DNA of 64,000 nucleotides from a virus. Its lineage: Duplodnaviria > Caudoviricetes. Positions within the stretch are counted from its first letter, which is position 1, and each line of letters begins with the position of its first letter. Position numbers and translations under genes: made by a program. The DNA lies in IMG/VR virus record IMGVR_UViG_3300005535_000018, positions 1 through 64,000 of that record; one strand, written 5' to 3'. Below, in pieces: positions 63,800 to 64,000 of this stretch. Below the pieces are notes generated by a model that saw only the letters and a list, made by a program, of their open reading frames with translations, made no database searches and was not told where the DNA came from.

Positions 63800-64000
63800 A
63801 TGACGATCAACTTCACCCAGACGATCGCGACCGACGCCGACGCCCTGTTCGAGACCAGCCCGGACGGTACGACCTGCTGCACCGTCTGCGAGTCGCTCAA
63901 CTCGCTCGCCCGCGGCCGCCGCTGCACCGTGTGCGGCTCGTTCGAGGCCGACGGCCAGCCCGGCACCCGGGTCATCGCCCGCCGCAACGACGCCCGCACC
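63800..64000 (+). CDS. Zinc-ribbon protein (cassette 3), paralog of 63143-63706, truncated by the window end
   Basis: DALFE..PDGT.CCTVCES...CTVCGSFEADG.PGTRVI. Confidence 0.7.
   Translation, partial: MTINFTQTIATDADALFETSPDGTTCCTVCESLNSLARGRRCTVCGSFEADGQPGTRVIARRNDART

Larger units (their letters stand above)
1..64000. mobile_element. Segment of a large actinobacterial temperate phage / phage-plasmid carrying a TraB-type conjugation module
   Basis: Tail, lysis, DnaB, RecT/exonuclease, ParA, two tyrosine recombinases and two FtsK ATPases, plus dense small hypothetical genes; no chromosomal housekeeping synteny; element ends not visible. Confidence 0.85.

Noticed and set aside
1-64000. Reverse transcriptase/DGR, group II intron, IS transposase, rRNA
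   Set aside because: No RT (YxDD) or DDE-type ORF, template/variable repeat pair or rRNA-like sequence was seen

Overview
The whole 64 kb is a high-GC actinobacterial mobile element, with no host housekeeping genes. The host is probably Micromonosporaceae, judging from the host-like DnaB and a small protein family typical of Micromonospora. It reads as part of a large temperate phage-plasmid with these modules: (i) a siphovirus tail-tip operon (tape measure, Dit-like, hub, minor tail proteins) and an amidase/holin-like lysis cassette, with no head or tail-tube genes in this window; (ii) phage replication and recombination genes (DnaB, RecT-like, Cas4/RecE-like exonuclease, HTH replication initiator with internal iterons); (iii) plasmid maintenance functions (ParA plus partner, two tyrosine recombinases, a dif/lox-like site); (iv) an actinomycete TraB-type conjugation module (GntR Kor regulator with operators, Spd-like membrane protein, repeat array, two FtsK/SpoIIIE ATPases). 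The most unusual signal is a family of conserved promoter/operator repeats (TTGTGT-N17/18-TATCCT with CCCAGAGAAC-type boxes). These repeats head a tandem gene-cassette array (DUF932 and small Cys-rich genes), a DUF6884/TGT-like fusion operon, and a transcript that begins with a ~600-nt almost U-free structured non-coding leader. That transcript also carries two paralogous tRNA-shaped RNAs with 5- and 6-nt anticodon loops and no CCA. All protein family calls come from motif recognition by eye; no database searches were run.
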